Shown one piece after another: positions 15,001 through 27,611 of a stretch of DNA of 64,000 nt. Numbering within the stretch: the stretch's first letter is position 1; each line of letters begins with the position of its first letter. The position numbers were made by a program, and so were the translations under genes. The stretch covers positions 704,001 to 768,000 of the forward strand of contig CAVVPN010000004.1 of assembly GCA_963750165.1 (NCBI GenBank). The letters run 5' to 3'. Under the pieces are notes generated by a model. That model was given only the letters and a program-made list of their open reading frames with translations, was not told the origin of the DNA and ran no database searches. The DNA is from an uncultured Gemmataceae bacterium (GTDB lineage: Bacteria > Planctomycetota > Planctomycetia > Gemmatales > Gemmataceae).

Positions 15001-18000
15001 CGAAGGCGACCGATACGCCGCTGGCGGCGAGCGTCAGGCCAGGGATGCCGACCAGGGAAAGGTTGGCCGCCGTGGCGGTGAGGACGTAGGTGCCGGAGGT
15101 GGTGCCCTGGGTGACGCTGCCGTTCGCCCCCGTCAGCAGCAACCCCTGGGCACTCGGATTCGGGATCATGCCGCCCATGCCGTCGGGAATCGTCGACGGC
15201 CCCTGACCGACGAACAGTGTCACATTGCTGAGGGTGAAGGTGGAACCGCCACTGAAGCTGACCGTGGCCTCGATCTGAACAAAATTCCCCAGGTTGAGGC
15301 TGCCGGTGCCGACGAACGTGAAAGTGTCCGTGGCGGTTGGGAAGTTGATGGTGAACGTGCGTCCGTTCAGATTGATCGTCTGATTGACCGTCTGTCCCGT
15401 CTTGTTGAATTGCAGGCTGATCTCGGCGCCGACGGAGAAGTTGCCGGAGGCCACGCCCGCCTGGCCGGAGATGACGCCGGCGATGCCTGAACCGACGATC
15501 ACGAAGGCGCCGCTGCCCTGGGCGAGCGTCTGGCCGTTGAAGACCACCTGCAGGTTGGTAACCGCGACCCGAGTGATGGGGTTGTCGCCCGCGATCATGC
15601 TCTGGTCGAAGGCGAAGTTGCCGGTCAGTTGCGTGCCGCTGCCCGCCCCGCTGCCGAGGGTGATGCTGGCGCCCACCACCTGAACGCGGAGATACGGGCC
15701 TGCCGGCACCTGGATCGGCGTCACGACACCGGCAACCGTCACCGTCTCGTTCACCGCCACCGGGGCCGTGTTCACCTGCATCGTTACGGTACTGGCGCTC
15801 ACCATCACGCCGGGCACGTTGAAGGAGGCGGTGACCGTGAAGCTGGCGGCGACGCCCTGGCTGGTCAGCGCGAGCGAGCCGATGCCGTTCGTGATGCTGA
15901 CGTAGGTGACTGTACTGGTGCCCAGTGACAGGGCGGCGTTGCTGACTCCGAGCAGGACCAGCTGGCTGTTGTCCGCCGCGGTCGTCTGCTGCAGGGTGAA
16001 GTTGCCGCCGAGCGTCTGCTGCTGACCAGCCGGACCTAGTTTCAGCGCCACCCCGGTGCCGACGCTGGCGACGCTGAACGTCGGCGTCGCGGTCGTTGTG
16101 TCGATCTGTACATTGAAACTGCCGTTCAGGGCGACGTTCGGGACGTTGACCGTCACGCTGCCAGTGAAGTTGGCCATGATGCCGGCAGCCACGACGTTTA
16201 ACGTACCGCTGGCGACGCTGACATCCGCCAGGTCGTTGGTGCCGTCTGTCAGTCGCAGGGCCAGGTTCGTCGCCGTCACCTGAGCGCCGCTCGCGGACTT
16301 CGTGAAGGTGAACGAATCCGCAGTCAGGCCGTTGCCCAGGATTGTGAACGTTCCTCCACTGACATTAACGTTCAGGTACGTGCCTGGCGCCGCGGCCGGC
16401 ACGGTGATCGACTGTCCATCCACGCTCAGCGTTTGCACCACTGGCGTGGTGTTCACCAGCAGCGACACCGTCCCCGCCAGGGCCAGCCCCGGAATCGAGG
16501 GCCCCGTCAGGGTCGCATGGTTCACTGCTCCCAGGATGCCGTTCTGGCTGAACTGGAAGGTGAACGACGCATCCGTGATTTGCAAAATCCGCTGCGACCC
16601 CGCCTGCAACAGCAGACCGAGGTTCGTACCGGACACCTGTACTTCCGATCCGTTCTTCTGGAAGATGAACTGGTCGGCAGTCAGGCTGTTGCCCAGGACC
16701 GTCACACTCGCCGGTGTGGTGGTTTGCCCGGTGGTGGTCGGCCCAAGGACGACCTGCACGAAACTACCGCTGGTCGCCGCCGGCACCGGCACCGTCTGCG
16801 TGCCGATCGTGAACGTTTGACCGGTAGGCGTGGTGTTCAGGTACAGCGACGCCGTGCCGGACACGGTGATGCCGAGACTGGCGTCCGGTCCGGTCAGGAC
16901 CGCACCGAGGGCGGCGCCAGCCAACCCGGTTGGGGTTAGCAGGCCGGCGAAGCTCATTTGTTGGAGGCTCAGGATCTGCGTTGGTCCGGCGCGGGTGATG
17001 TAACCGACGTTCACGCCGGCGACAGCGATGCCGGTGCGACTTTGCTGGAAGGTGATCTCGTCCGCGGTCAACGTCTGGCCGGCGACCGTCAGCACGGCCG
17101 CCTGGGCCTGCACCTGCACCACCGGGCCGGCGGGCAGGTTCACGAGTACGGGCGATCCGTTCACTGTGAACGTCTGATCCACCGCCATGTTGGTCGCGTT
17201 GACGCCGATCTCGAAGTTGCCGGTCACGCTGACGCCGCTGCCGGTCGCGACCTGCACCGTGCCGGCGACCTCGCCCACGGCACCGCCGGTCGTCAGGATC
17301 AGCGCCCCGCTCGCCCCGGTCACGGTCACCAGCGGTGTCGCGGCGGCGGACAGCGCCAGCCCGGCGTTGGCGAAGGCAATGGTCACTGTGGCGGTGTTCG
17401 CGGTGGTGAACTGCTGGATCACAAAGTTGCCGGTGAACGTCTGTCCGGCGACCTGCAACGCGGCGTTGTTGACCTGAAGCTGGACGTAGGGGCCGGCCGG
17501 CAGGTCGATCTGCGCGGTGCCGGCCGTCAGGTTGATACCCTGATGAACGTCCGTTGAGAGTGTATTGATGGCCAGCTGGAAACTGCCCGTCAGGCTAACG
17601 CCGGTGCCGGGCGCGAAGGCCACCGTGGCGCCGGCCAGGCCGGCAATGCCGCCGCTGTTCAAAAGGAACGTACCGCTGGCGTTCGTCACCTGGACGAGGT
17701 TGCTGTGCCCATCGCCGAGGTTGACCTGCACGCCGTTGAAGGCGACGGTCACGACCTTGCTCAAATCGGCGTTGGTGTGCTGTTCAAAATTGAAGTTCCC
17801 CTGCAGCGTCTGTCCATCGACCAGTAGCGACACACTGCTGCCGGTCACGCGGACGTAGGGGCCGGCCGGCACGCTGACCGTGGCAGCGGAGTTGACGCCG
17901 AAGGCGAGCGCCGTGTTGACCGCCGCTGTCGAGGTGTTCACTGCCACCGTGAAGGTGCCGCCGAGGCTGACGCCGCTGGCGTTCAGGCCGACCGTGCCGC

Positions 18001-21000
18001 CCAGGCTGCCGGCAACGCCGGCGCTCGTCAGCAGCAGGGCGCCGCTGCCGTTGGTCAACGTCAACAGGTTCGCCGTCGTGCTGTCGCCCAGGTTCAGCGC
18101 CGCGTTGCCCGCGGTGACGGCAATGATGCTCTTGCCGCTGGCATCGGTGCCGGTACTGAACCCAAACGTACCACTGAGCGTCTGTCCAAGCACATTGAGA
18201 CCAAGGGTGCTCTGGAAGCTCTGCGTGCCGTTCGGCACGACCGTGGTCGGCACCAGGCTGGGGACGGTCCAGGCGGTGCCGGAGTTGTTGAACTCGACCG
18301 TCGCGCTGGCGGTCCCGGTGCCCGTCGGTCCCGTGAGGCTGACGCCGGGGATGCCCAGGAACTGCACGTTGCCGGTGGCGTAGACGGCGTACTGACCAGT
18401 CGTTGCGAACTGGTGGGCGTAGACGCTCGCCCCCGACAGCAGCACACCGCGAGCGCTCGGGTTGACCGAACCGTCCGCCTGCGTCCCCGGACCCTGACCG
18501 AGAAACACGTTCAGGTTTGTGCCGCTGAACGAACCATCACTGGCGAAGGTGACGGTGCCCTCGATGCTCACGAAGTTGCCGATCGTCACCCGGCCGGAGC
18601 CGTAGAACTCGAACAGGTCGGCGCCGGTGGTGAACTTGATTTCCAGGGTGCTTCCGTTCAGGTTGATCGTGTCATCGATCGGCGCCCCCGTCTTGTTGAA
18701 GCGCAGCCCAATAGCGGCTCCGGCCGTGAAGCCGTTGACCGCCACCGCCGCCACGCCGGACACGTAGCCGGCAATGCCTGTACTGGTGACGATCAGTGCG
18801 CCTGTACCCTGACTGAGCGATTGCCCAGCGATGGTCGCCTGCAGGTTGGCGATGGCGACGCGCGTGGTCGTGACGCCGGCGACGCTGCTCTGGTCGAAGG
18901 CGAAGTCGCCGGTGAGCTGGGTGCCGGTGCCGGCGCCGGTCGCGTTGACCGTCAGCGTGGCACCGATCACCTGCACGCGGACGAACGGGCCGGCCGGCAC
19001 CTGCAGCGCCAGTGGCACCCCGTCGATGTTCAGGGATTCGGACTCCGGCACAGGCATCGTGTTCACCTGCACGGTGACCGCGCCGGCTGTGACCGTCACG
19101 CCGGGGACCGTGAAGGTCGCCGTGGCGCTCACGCTCGCGGCCACGCCCTGGCTGGTGATCAGAAAAGCACCGCTACCATTCGTGACACTGACGTAAGTGT
19201 TCGTGCTGTCCCTGAGCGTCAGGCTCACGTTGCTGGCGCCGACCTCCACCAGCTGGCTGCCGTCGTTGGCGATGATCTGCTGGACCGTGTAGTTGCCCGT
19301 CAGCACCTGGCCGCCGACCGTCAACTGCTGGCCGGTGACCGTGGCCTGGATGCTCTGATGGTTCGGGTCGGTGGTGTCGATGGCGACCGTGAAGTTGCCG
19401 GTGAAGGACACCCCGGACAGGTTCACCAGCGCCGTGGCACTGAAACTGCCCTGAACGGACGTTCCGGAGAACTGCCCGTTCACCATGCGCGCCGCCAGCG
19501 TGAACTGCGCCGTGGTGCCGACGTTCTGCGTCAACTCGACGAGCGGATTCGTCCCATCCGTCAGCACCAGCATGGCGTTGGCAATCGTCAACTGTACACT
19601 GTTCGTGCCCTGCTGGAAGGTGAAATCGCCCATCAGCGTCTGGCCGAGCAGTTGCAAGTTGACGCCCGTACCGCTCACGACAAACGTCGGCGTCGCCGCC
19701 AGGGCGAGCACGACCGGGACGCCGCCGACGCTGAACGACTCGTTGACCGCGGCGCCGGTGTTGTTCACCGCCACCTGGAAGTTGCCCCGCAGGCTCACGC
19801 CCGGGGCGTTGACGGTGACCGTCCCGCCCAGGGTGCCCGCCAGGCCGGCGCTGTTAATCAGGAACGTACCTTGACCGTTGTTCACATCGACGAGGGCGTT
19901 CGTGCCGTCGCCCAGGGCCACCGTCACGTTGGAGGCGGCGACCTGTAGCACCGCATGACCGGCGCTGGTCGTGATCGACTGGAACCCGAAGTTGCCCGAC
20001 AGCGTCTGCCCCGCGACCGTCATCTGAACATTCGTCGCGTTCACTTGCAGCAGGGGGCCGGCTGCCACATTGACGGCCATTGTCGTACCGCCCACCATCA
20101 CGCTGTTCTGATAAGCCGAGCCGGTGCTATTGAGCACGAAGCTCACGTCACTGCTGGCCGTGTTCAGCTGAATCGCATTGGTCGTTGTCAGCGCGATACT
20201 GGCGTTCACCTGCCCAACCAGGCCGTCCGGCGTCAGCAGCGCCAGACCGCTGCCGTTGGTGATGGTCAGCGCCCCGCCCGGGCCGAGGTTGACGCCGACG
20301 TTCGCGAAGGCCACGGTCAGCACCTGCTGACCATCGGTCGTGGTCGCCTGATCGAATGTGAAGCTGCCGTTGAGCGTTTGCCCAAGGACGTTCAACCCCA
20401 ATGTGCCCTGGAAGCTGCGTGAACCTCTGGCCACGGTCGTGCCGATGCCCGGCACCATCCAGTCGGCGGCGGAGTTGTTGAACTGCACCGTCGCGGTGGC
20501 GCCGGCCGCCAGGCTGACGCCGGGGACGCCCACCAAACTCACGTTCCCCGTGGCGTACAGAGCGTAGTCCAGGCCGCCGGGTGTGGCACTATCCGTGAAC
20601 TGCTGGGCATGCAGCGTCACGCCGGTCAGCAGCAGGCCGCGGGCCGTCGGGTTGGGCGTGGTGCCGTCGGCGAGGTAGGCCGGGCCCTGCCCAAGGAACA
20701 GGCTCGCGTTGGTGACGGTCAGGTTGCCGTTGGTGTCCACGCTGACGGTGCCGTTGACCGTGACGAAGCCGCCAATGTTCAGGCTCGCCCCACCGGCCGT
20801 CAGCGCGATGAACGGTGTGCTGCCGTTGGCCGCCTCGTTGCTGGCGAAGACGAGCGGCAGCGCCGCTCCGCCGGTCGGGACCGATGTCTGATCCGGCACC
20901 GGAATCGTTTCGTTGACAGCGCCGGGGGTGGTGTTGATGCGCAGATCGAGGTTGCCGCCGAGCTGGAAGCTGCCCACGTTAGCGGACACCTGCCCCGAGA

Positions 21001-23178
21001 AGATGCCGGCCACGCCATTGCTCAGCACGACCAGCGCCCCGTGGCCGCCGCTCAGCGCCCCTGGGTGCCGACGGTCGCGGCCAGGTTCGCCACGGCGATG
21101 CGCGTCACGCTGCCGGTGCTGGTGCCGGTGCCCTGAATCTGATCGACGAAGAAGTCGCCCTGCAGCACCTGGCCGCCGACGGTCAACTGCGCATTCCGCG
21201 CCACCACCTGAATGTGCGGCCCGGCCGGCACGTTCACCTGCACCGACTGGCCGCCGACCGTGAACGTCTGATGGATGGCGGCGGACTCGGTGTTGAACTG
21301 CACCTGCACCGTCGTGGCCAACAGCGACACGCCGGCCGCACCACCGATGGTCAGCGTTGGGCTGCCCGAGAAGCTGCCCGCGACGCCGTTACTGTCGAGG
21401 ATGAACGCGCCCTGACCGGACTGGACATTGATACCGTTGTGGTTGGCATCCTGCAGGTTCAGACTCGCGTTGGCCAGCGCCACCGACACCACCTGGGCGC
21501 CCGTCGCCGTCGTCACCGCTTGCAGCGTGAAGTCGCCCGTTAACGTCTGTGTCTGTCCGGTGGCGCCCGGCAGCGGCAGCGTCAGCGTCTGGCCCGTGGC
21601 CGCGAGCTGGAAGTATGGGCCGGCAGGCAAGTTGAGCAGCGACGTGGACGCCGTGTTGACGCTCAGCGTGTACGTCCCCGACAGCGCCGCCCCGCCGACG
21701 GCGACGTTCAGGCCGAACGAACCGGTGCCGGCGAAACCACTGCTGCCGAGCTGGAACGTCGCGGTGGCGCCGTTGGCCGCCCCTTGCGGCGCCGTCAGGC
21801 TCAGCAGGGTGTTGCTGCCATCCGTCAGCGTCGCCTGCAACTGCGTGCCGGCGAGCGTGAAATCGAAGCCCTGCTGCGTCGAGGCGGATACCGTCCACTG
21901 GCCGGACAGCGACTGGCCCAGCACGTTCAGCGTGCCGCCGAAAGTCACTGGCGTCGTGATCCTTCCGGCGAGGAAGGCGAAGAAGTTCGACGCCACGCTG
22001 GCCGTGCCGCCGTGGCCGCCGCCGGCGAAGGCGCCTGCACTGATCGCCTTGCCCAGCTGCTGCGCCACCGTCCCCGGCGTGTCCCCGGCCACCGACGTGT
22101 AACTGTACGTCTGGCCGTCCAGCAGCACGCTCCAGACGTGGCCTGCGTTGACCGCGCCGCTGATGGTGAGCGTCGCGGACGTGAAGGCGGTCGCGCTGGG
22201 GGTGGCGGTGATGGCGATGCCGGGGTCCGTGGTCGAGACGCTGGAGGTGCCGCCCGGGTTGGCCGGGTTGCTCGTCAGATCCAGTTCCGAACCCTGCACT
22301 TCCGCCTGGCCGGGCACCTCGGCCACCACCAGGTTGTACACCTTGTTGACCGGATCGAGTTGCGGCTTGAAATACAGCCCGTTGCCAATGCCCAGCCCCT
22401 GGAACTTTGTGAAGTCGCCCGTCACGGAGCCGAAGGTCAGGAATGGGAAGGTGTCGCCGACGGCCGGCTGAAAATTGTTGCCGAGCTGCACTTGCAGCGT
22501 GCCGTTCAGGCTGGCGGCGCCGGCCACCTGCAACTGGTCGTAGCCATCGCCCGCGCCGGCCGCCCCCTTGCCGTAGACCTGAACGACCAGGGTGCCGGTC
22601 GCGGTCTGGCTGTAGGAGGCGAATTGCTGAATGCCCGGCGAGTTGCCGGGGCTGACCACGCCACTGCTGACCACGGGGCCGCTGACGGTGCCGTTGCCGG
22701 TCACCTCGTCCGTGGAGCCGAGCACCAGGGAACCGTCCACGCCGCCGCCCGGCGTCAGGTGGTAGTTGTGGCCGGCAGGCGCCGCCAGGGCGTCGGTGGC
22801 GAAGGCCTGGTCCAGGGCTGACGCTTGTGGCCCGGCCGGGGCGGCCGGTAGCGGCGTATCCTGCGTGAGCCAGTCTCCCGAGGCGAACAGCTGGTCCACG
22901 GCACCGACGGAATTCGGGGGCAGGCTGGTGGGCGTCTGAATGGAGCTGGAGGAAGGTTGCGGTACGGTCAGGTTGTTGGCCGTCACTCCGGTCTGGGTGG
23001 GGAGCACTGGCGGCTGGAGGGGGTTCTCGGGCAAAGCGGGCCCGGTCGGACAGATGCGATCTTCCAGTTGCTCCAGGCGCGGGCGTATCCACTCCCCCTT
23101 TGCGAAGAAGGGGAGCGGTCGCTTCGACTTCGGCGGCGGTTGGCCGTCCAAAGGCTGGTGCAACACGGAGATGGCCAT
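1..23178 (-). CDS. Giant secreted repetitive beta-rich protein (planctomycete LEPR-XLL-type N-terminus), >7,700 aa in window, 3' end beyond window; two apparent frameshifts
   Basis: ATG at 23178; RPRLEQLEDRICP motif near aa 31-43. ORF 21052-23178 joins ORF 11906-21028 if one G is added to the run at 21058-21061, and that joins a frame open from ~11985 to base 1 if one G is added at 11983-11986. The antisense shadow ORFs keep one constant frame from 19 to 11578. The ~100-aa repeat (PAGPY/F..V.G....L.V.GQTL.GNF.F.Q...) runs across both junctions. Confidence 0.88.
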
Positions 23179-23509
23179 TACGCGCTCTACAAGTGCTCTG
23201 CTTGCCTTCCGAACAGAACGATCCCCATCCCTTGAAGGACGATACTTCGGCGCGACAACACGATCCCCGATCCCAGCGGGATGGACTACCCTGCGAGGGG
23301 GTAATCTTGCCCGTGGACCGTTTACCCAGGCGATTGGAGAGAGCTTCTTACAGACGAGCCGATTCCACCGGCTCTCAATTGCCGTTACGAGAGAGGCGCG
23401 GTACGATACGTCTCGATCTCACAGGCAGAACAGTTTCTGGTTGAGGTTTTGTGCCGCTCGTCAATCTTCTCTTTCCGTTTGATGAACGGGCGGCGAGTAA
23501 AGTAGAGTT

Positions 23510-23540
23510 ATGTGTTAATCGCCCAGATTGGCTCTGTCAA
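23510..23540 (-). promoter_or_regulatory. Possible sigma70-like promoter for the giant gene
   Basis: Minus strand TTGACA (23540-23535), 17 nt, then TAACAC/CATAAC, in an AT-richer intergenic region ~340 nt upstream of the ATG. Confidence 0.3.
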
Positions 23541-23665
23541 GCATTTTCCCCAAGAAGTTTTTTTTGATTGCCGTCTGCCGTTCCGTCTGGCGCGGACGCA
23601 CCAACAGTTCTGCTACAATCGTGGCAATATTGAAGTGACAGTGGCAATCAGGCATCCGCGGCGCG

Positions 23666-26122
23666 TCATTTCCGCAGCCGGGCCAGCGCCTCGCGGGCGT
23701 CGAGCGTCAGGTGCGCATCGGGAGCGCCGCCGGCCAGGCGCTGCAGCAGCGCCGTCGCCGCGGGTGTGGCCATCGCCTCCAGGGCCTGCACCGCCCGCAA
23801 CGCCCGCAGTGCGTCGCCCGGCGGCAGGTTGACATCACGCGGCGGGAGCGCGTCCAGCAACTTCTCGATGCGCCGTTTCATTTCCAGCGGTGGTTTCGCC
23901 GTTAGCGCCTGACGCAGAGCCGGGCCAACCTGACCGCCCAGTTGCTTTAACTTCGCCGTCGCCTGTTCGCGGGTCCTGAATTGTTTCGCCCCCAGTTGCT
24001 CGATGAGCGCCTGCAGCTCTTTGGCGGTAACGTTCGGCACCGGGGAGAGTTTTTTGTTGAAGAAGGGCACCGCCAGATCCGGGTGCGTCGCCAACTTGCC
24101 GACGGCCTCCTGTCCCGTCTTCGCGTCGCCATCGGCCAGCGCTTGCCAGCACTTTTCCAGGTCGGCCGCGGTCAGCTTGACGCCCGCGCCCGGCAGCACA
24201 CCGTGACCGGGGCGCACGTCCCAGAGCAGGACGGTCCCATCCGTACTGCCCGTGGCCAGCCATTTACCGTCCGGGCTAAAGATCGGAACACTCAACAAGC
24301 CCGCATAGCTTTCATGGCCGCGCAGGTCCGCGAACGGCTTGCCGGTGGCCATCTCCACCAGCCGCACGGTTTTGCTGTCCTGTGCCCAGGCGGCCAGGAT
24401 GCGGCCATCCGGCGAAAACCGCACGTTAGCGAACGCGCTCAGACTGGGCACCTGCGCATTCAGATTGAGTAACGTGCGCCCCGTGATGGGGTCCAGAATC
24501 ACCGACACCAGCGCGGAACCGCCGGACACAGCCACGGCTCGGCCTGTGGGCACGACGGACAATTTCGGTGGAAAAATTGGGTGTTCGGGGTGCCCGACCT
24601 GATGTTCCGGGCCGAGCAGTTTCCCATCCGTAACCCGTAGCCGCCGCACAACCGACCGCCGATCGGCCAGCAGCACGGCCGTGCCGTCCGCCGTGAAGTC
24701 AACGAAAGGAGAAGGAATTTGCTTGATCTCCGGATCAGACAAGGTCCACAGGAGTTTCCCCGTGGCGGCGTCGCGGAGCTGGAGCCAACCTGGCCCCAAC
24801 ACAACGAACTGGTTACCGCGTGGCGAAATGGCAACGATTCTGTCCCCGTCGGGGAGTCCGATCGGGGGCGTCTCCACCCCGCGGCCCAGGTCCAGCAGGG
24901 TATACCGTTTCCCATCCTGCGGCCTCTCCAGCACCACCGCGCCGGATGCCGTGAGGCTATGATGAAAATGGTTCTCCAGAACAACCCGTTTCAGGGCAGC
25001 CCCGGTCGTCGGCGAGGTCGTCCACGTCCACATGCCGTCGTCGTCCCACACGACCAGCCTGCCGTCTGGGAAAAACCCCAGTGGCTCCGGCCTGGCGTGG
25101 CCGATGAGTGGCAGCAATTCCTTGCCGGTGGCGGCGTTCCAGAGCTGAATCACGCCAGTATTGCTCCCGGTGGCCAGCGTGCGACCGTCCGGGGAAAAGG
25201 CCAGGGCGTCCGTCCCCGTCCGGGCGGCGATCTGCAAGCGTTTCTTGCCGGTTTTCACGTCCCACAGCCGCACCGGCGCTTCCTCCCCTCCCCGGGCTGC
25301 CAGGGTCCGCCCGTCGGGAGCGAAGACCGCCAGGCCGCCTCCGGTCGGCAGCGTTTTTAGTTGCCGTCCCGTGGCCGCGTCGATGATTTCCAGGCTCTCC
25401 TTGTCGCCGAAGGCCAGCTGCCGGCCGTCGCGCGAAAAGGCCAGGGGAATTGCCTCCTTTTCGTCCTCGTGCGACAGCCGTAGTTCGTTGGTGACCACAT
25501 CCCAGACCGTCAGCTCGTCTTTCCGCGGCGCGGCAAGGCGCCGGCCGTCCGCGGAAAAAATCGGCTGAACCCTGGCGCGTGCCGGCACGTCAAACTTCTG
25601 CACCTCCCGCCCGGTCGCCACGTCTCAGATCCGGCCGTCGCCGTCCTCGTCCACGGTGGCCAACTGTTTCCCCGCGTTGAGGAAACGCCCATTCGTGTAA
25701 AAGCCGAAGTGCGAGGGGAAGCAGCCGAAGGTCTTCTGCAACTTGCCGTCGGCGACACGCCACAAGCGGACGGCGCCGTCGTAGCCGACCGACGCCAGCG
25801 TCTTGCCGTCCGGCGTAAAACACACCGCCACGATTCTGTCATCGTGCTCGCCGAGTGCGAACACGCGCTTGCCCGTGGACACCTCCCACAGTCGAACCGT
25901 GCCGTTGTAACAGCCACTGGCCAGCAGCTTGCCGTCCGGCGAAAAGGCGAGCGCCTGAACCGAGTTCGGGTGCCTCAGCCGCATGGTGCCGAGGCGGGCC
26001 ACCGCGCCCGGCGGCAGCGGGTCGCCGTACCTGTCCAGGGACGCGGGCGGCTGGGCCGACGCTGGCGTCGCCAGACACCCCCACAGCAGCGGCAACAGAC
26101 AGACGAAACAGACGCGGTTCAT
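23666..26122 (-). CDS. Secreted WD40-repeat protein with C-terminal helical (HEAT-like) domain; internal in-frame TGA at 25627-25625
   Basis: Signal peptide [15 protein letters not shown] with [25 protein letters not shown]; many FSPDG...LWDV repeats; C-terminal [18 protein letters not shown]. The two ORFs are in the same frame, separated by ATC TGA GAC GTG (I-*-D-V where IWDV is expected). Confidence 0.85.
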
Positions 26123-26239
26123 GGTCGGGCTCTCCTGGCAGCGGGCCAAAATCCCTGCCTCATCCTAACCGCCACCTCTACGGGGCTGCCATCCTGATCT
26201 CTGGCCGCCTGCACTACGGCCCGCCGACCGAAGTTTTCG

Positions 26240-26268
26240 TTGACAAACCCCACGCGCCGGGCGACGAT
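26240..26268 (+). promoter_or_regulatory. Possible sigma70-like promoter
   Basis: TTGACA at 26240, 17 nt spacer, GACGAT, upstream of the DUF1559 gene. Confidence 0.3.
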
Positions 26269-26329
26269 ACTTTCACAACATTCTTATGCCGAACTGGTGG
26301 TCTATTTCCGGGTTATCAAGGAGGTCTTC

Positions 26330-27253
26330 ATGCACAGGCGACTGCGCGGCGCGTTCACGCTCATTGAGTTACTGGTCGTCATCGCGATCATTGCCATCCT
26401 GATCGGCCTGCTCCTGCCTGCCGTGCAGAAGGTGCGCGACGCGGCGGCTCGAACGCAGTGTGAGAACAACCTGCACCAGATCGGCCTCGCCTGCCACCAG
26501 GCCAACGACACTTTCAAGGGCATGCCGCGCTACGCGGAGCAGGGCTACCCCACCGCGGGCGCCTTTTCGCCGCCTAACCCGCGCACCTTCGACGGCACCA
26601 TCCACTTCTATCTGCTGCCGTTCCTGGAGCAGAGTAATTTGATGCAGTTGTGGAACGGCGTCTCGAACAACGGCGCCAACGGCCTGAACGGGCCGAACAT
26701 CCCGCACACGCCGGAGGTGTTCGTCTGCCCGTCGGACCCGACCATGACCGACGACCGCACCACCAACCACAATTCGCCGTTGGCCAGCGGCGCCGGCTTC
26801 GCCATCACCAGTTACAGCTTCAACGGCCAGGTGTTCGGCAACACCTGCCAGCGGCCGCGCGTTCCGCAGACGTTCCGCGACGGCACCTCCACCACGGCGC
26901 TGCTGTTCGAGCGTTACGCCATCTGCGGCCAGAACGGCGACGTGCGGACCTGGGGCGACGGCGCCGGCAACTCGCCAAACGCCGAGGCGGCCTATCTCGT
27001 CAATACCGGCGACAACCCGGGCGTACCCGGCGTGGCCTGGGTTGACAAGTACGTGACGGCCGTGTTCCAGTCGAACCCGACACCGGCGGGCTGCCTGGCG
27101 TCGCGCTGGAACAGCGCGACGCCGCACCGGGCCATGGCCGTGCTGCTGGGCGACGCCAGCACGCAAAACATCAGCCCGGGCGTGTCGCTGGTGACCTGGC
27201 GAGCGCTGATTACGCCGGACGGCAACGACATCGTGGGGCCGGACCTGGAGTGA
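26330..27253 (+). CDS. DUF1559 protein with prepilin-type N-terminal cleavage/methylation motif
   Basis: [64 protein letters not shown]-terminal H...DAS (H-X9-DG-like) motif. Confidence 0.95.
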   Translation: MHRRLRGAFTLIELLVVIAIIAILIGLLLPAVQKVRDAAARTQCENNLHQIGLACHQANDTFKGMPRYAEQGYPTAGAFSPPNPRTFDGTIHFYLLPFLEQSNLMQLWNGVSNNGANGLNGPNIPHTPEVFVCPSDPTMTDDRTTNHNSPLASGAGFAITSYSFNGQVFGNTCQRPRVPQTFRDGTSTTALLFERYAICGQNGDVRTWGDGAGNSPNAEAAYLVNTGDNPGVPGVAWVDKYVTAVFQSNPTPAGCLASRWNSATPHRAMAVLLGDASTQNISPGVSLVTWRALITPDGNDIVGPDLE

Positions 27254-27300
27254 GCGTTGGCCGCGCAGGCGCGACGCCTGCACCACGGCCAGGGCGCCGC

Positions 27301-27351
27301 ATCTCGACGTATGAAAACGTTGGCGTTCTTGGCGTTCTTGGCGTTCTTGCT
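27301..27351. repeat. Intergenic repeat, TCTCGACGTRTGAAAA + (TTGGCGTTC)n family, copy 1
   Basis: atctcgacgtatgaaaacgttggcgttcttggcgttcttggcgttcttg; near-identical to the copies at 53395 and 53494. Confidence 0.8.
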
Positions 27352-27611
27352 GTGGCAAACCATGTCACCCCGCGCCCCGTCGTGCCACGCTGCGGAGCGG
27401 CTGCCGCGGTACGGATTGCGGCCTTCGCGACGGTCGCGGTATATTCCCCCGGCGGCCAAGATGCTCCCGTGGCACGGCTCTCCCGAGCCGTGTCGCCAGC
27501 CTGGCAGTGTCCGATTTGCTGCTGCTCTGAAGCCGCGCCCGCCGCGACGGCCCGGGGCTGCTATACTTGAAGGAAGTACCTGGCGCACCCGGCACCTACT
27601 GGCGGACCTCC

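Noticed and set aside
25625..25627. Genome-wide TGA-to-Trp recoding
   Set aside because: TGA ends several conserved genes at the expected position (e.g. 27253, 29177, 39126), and Trp is otherwise TGG.
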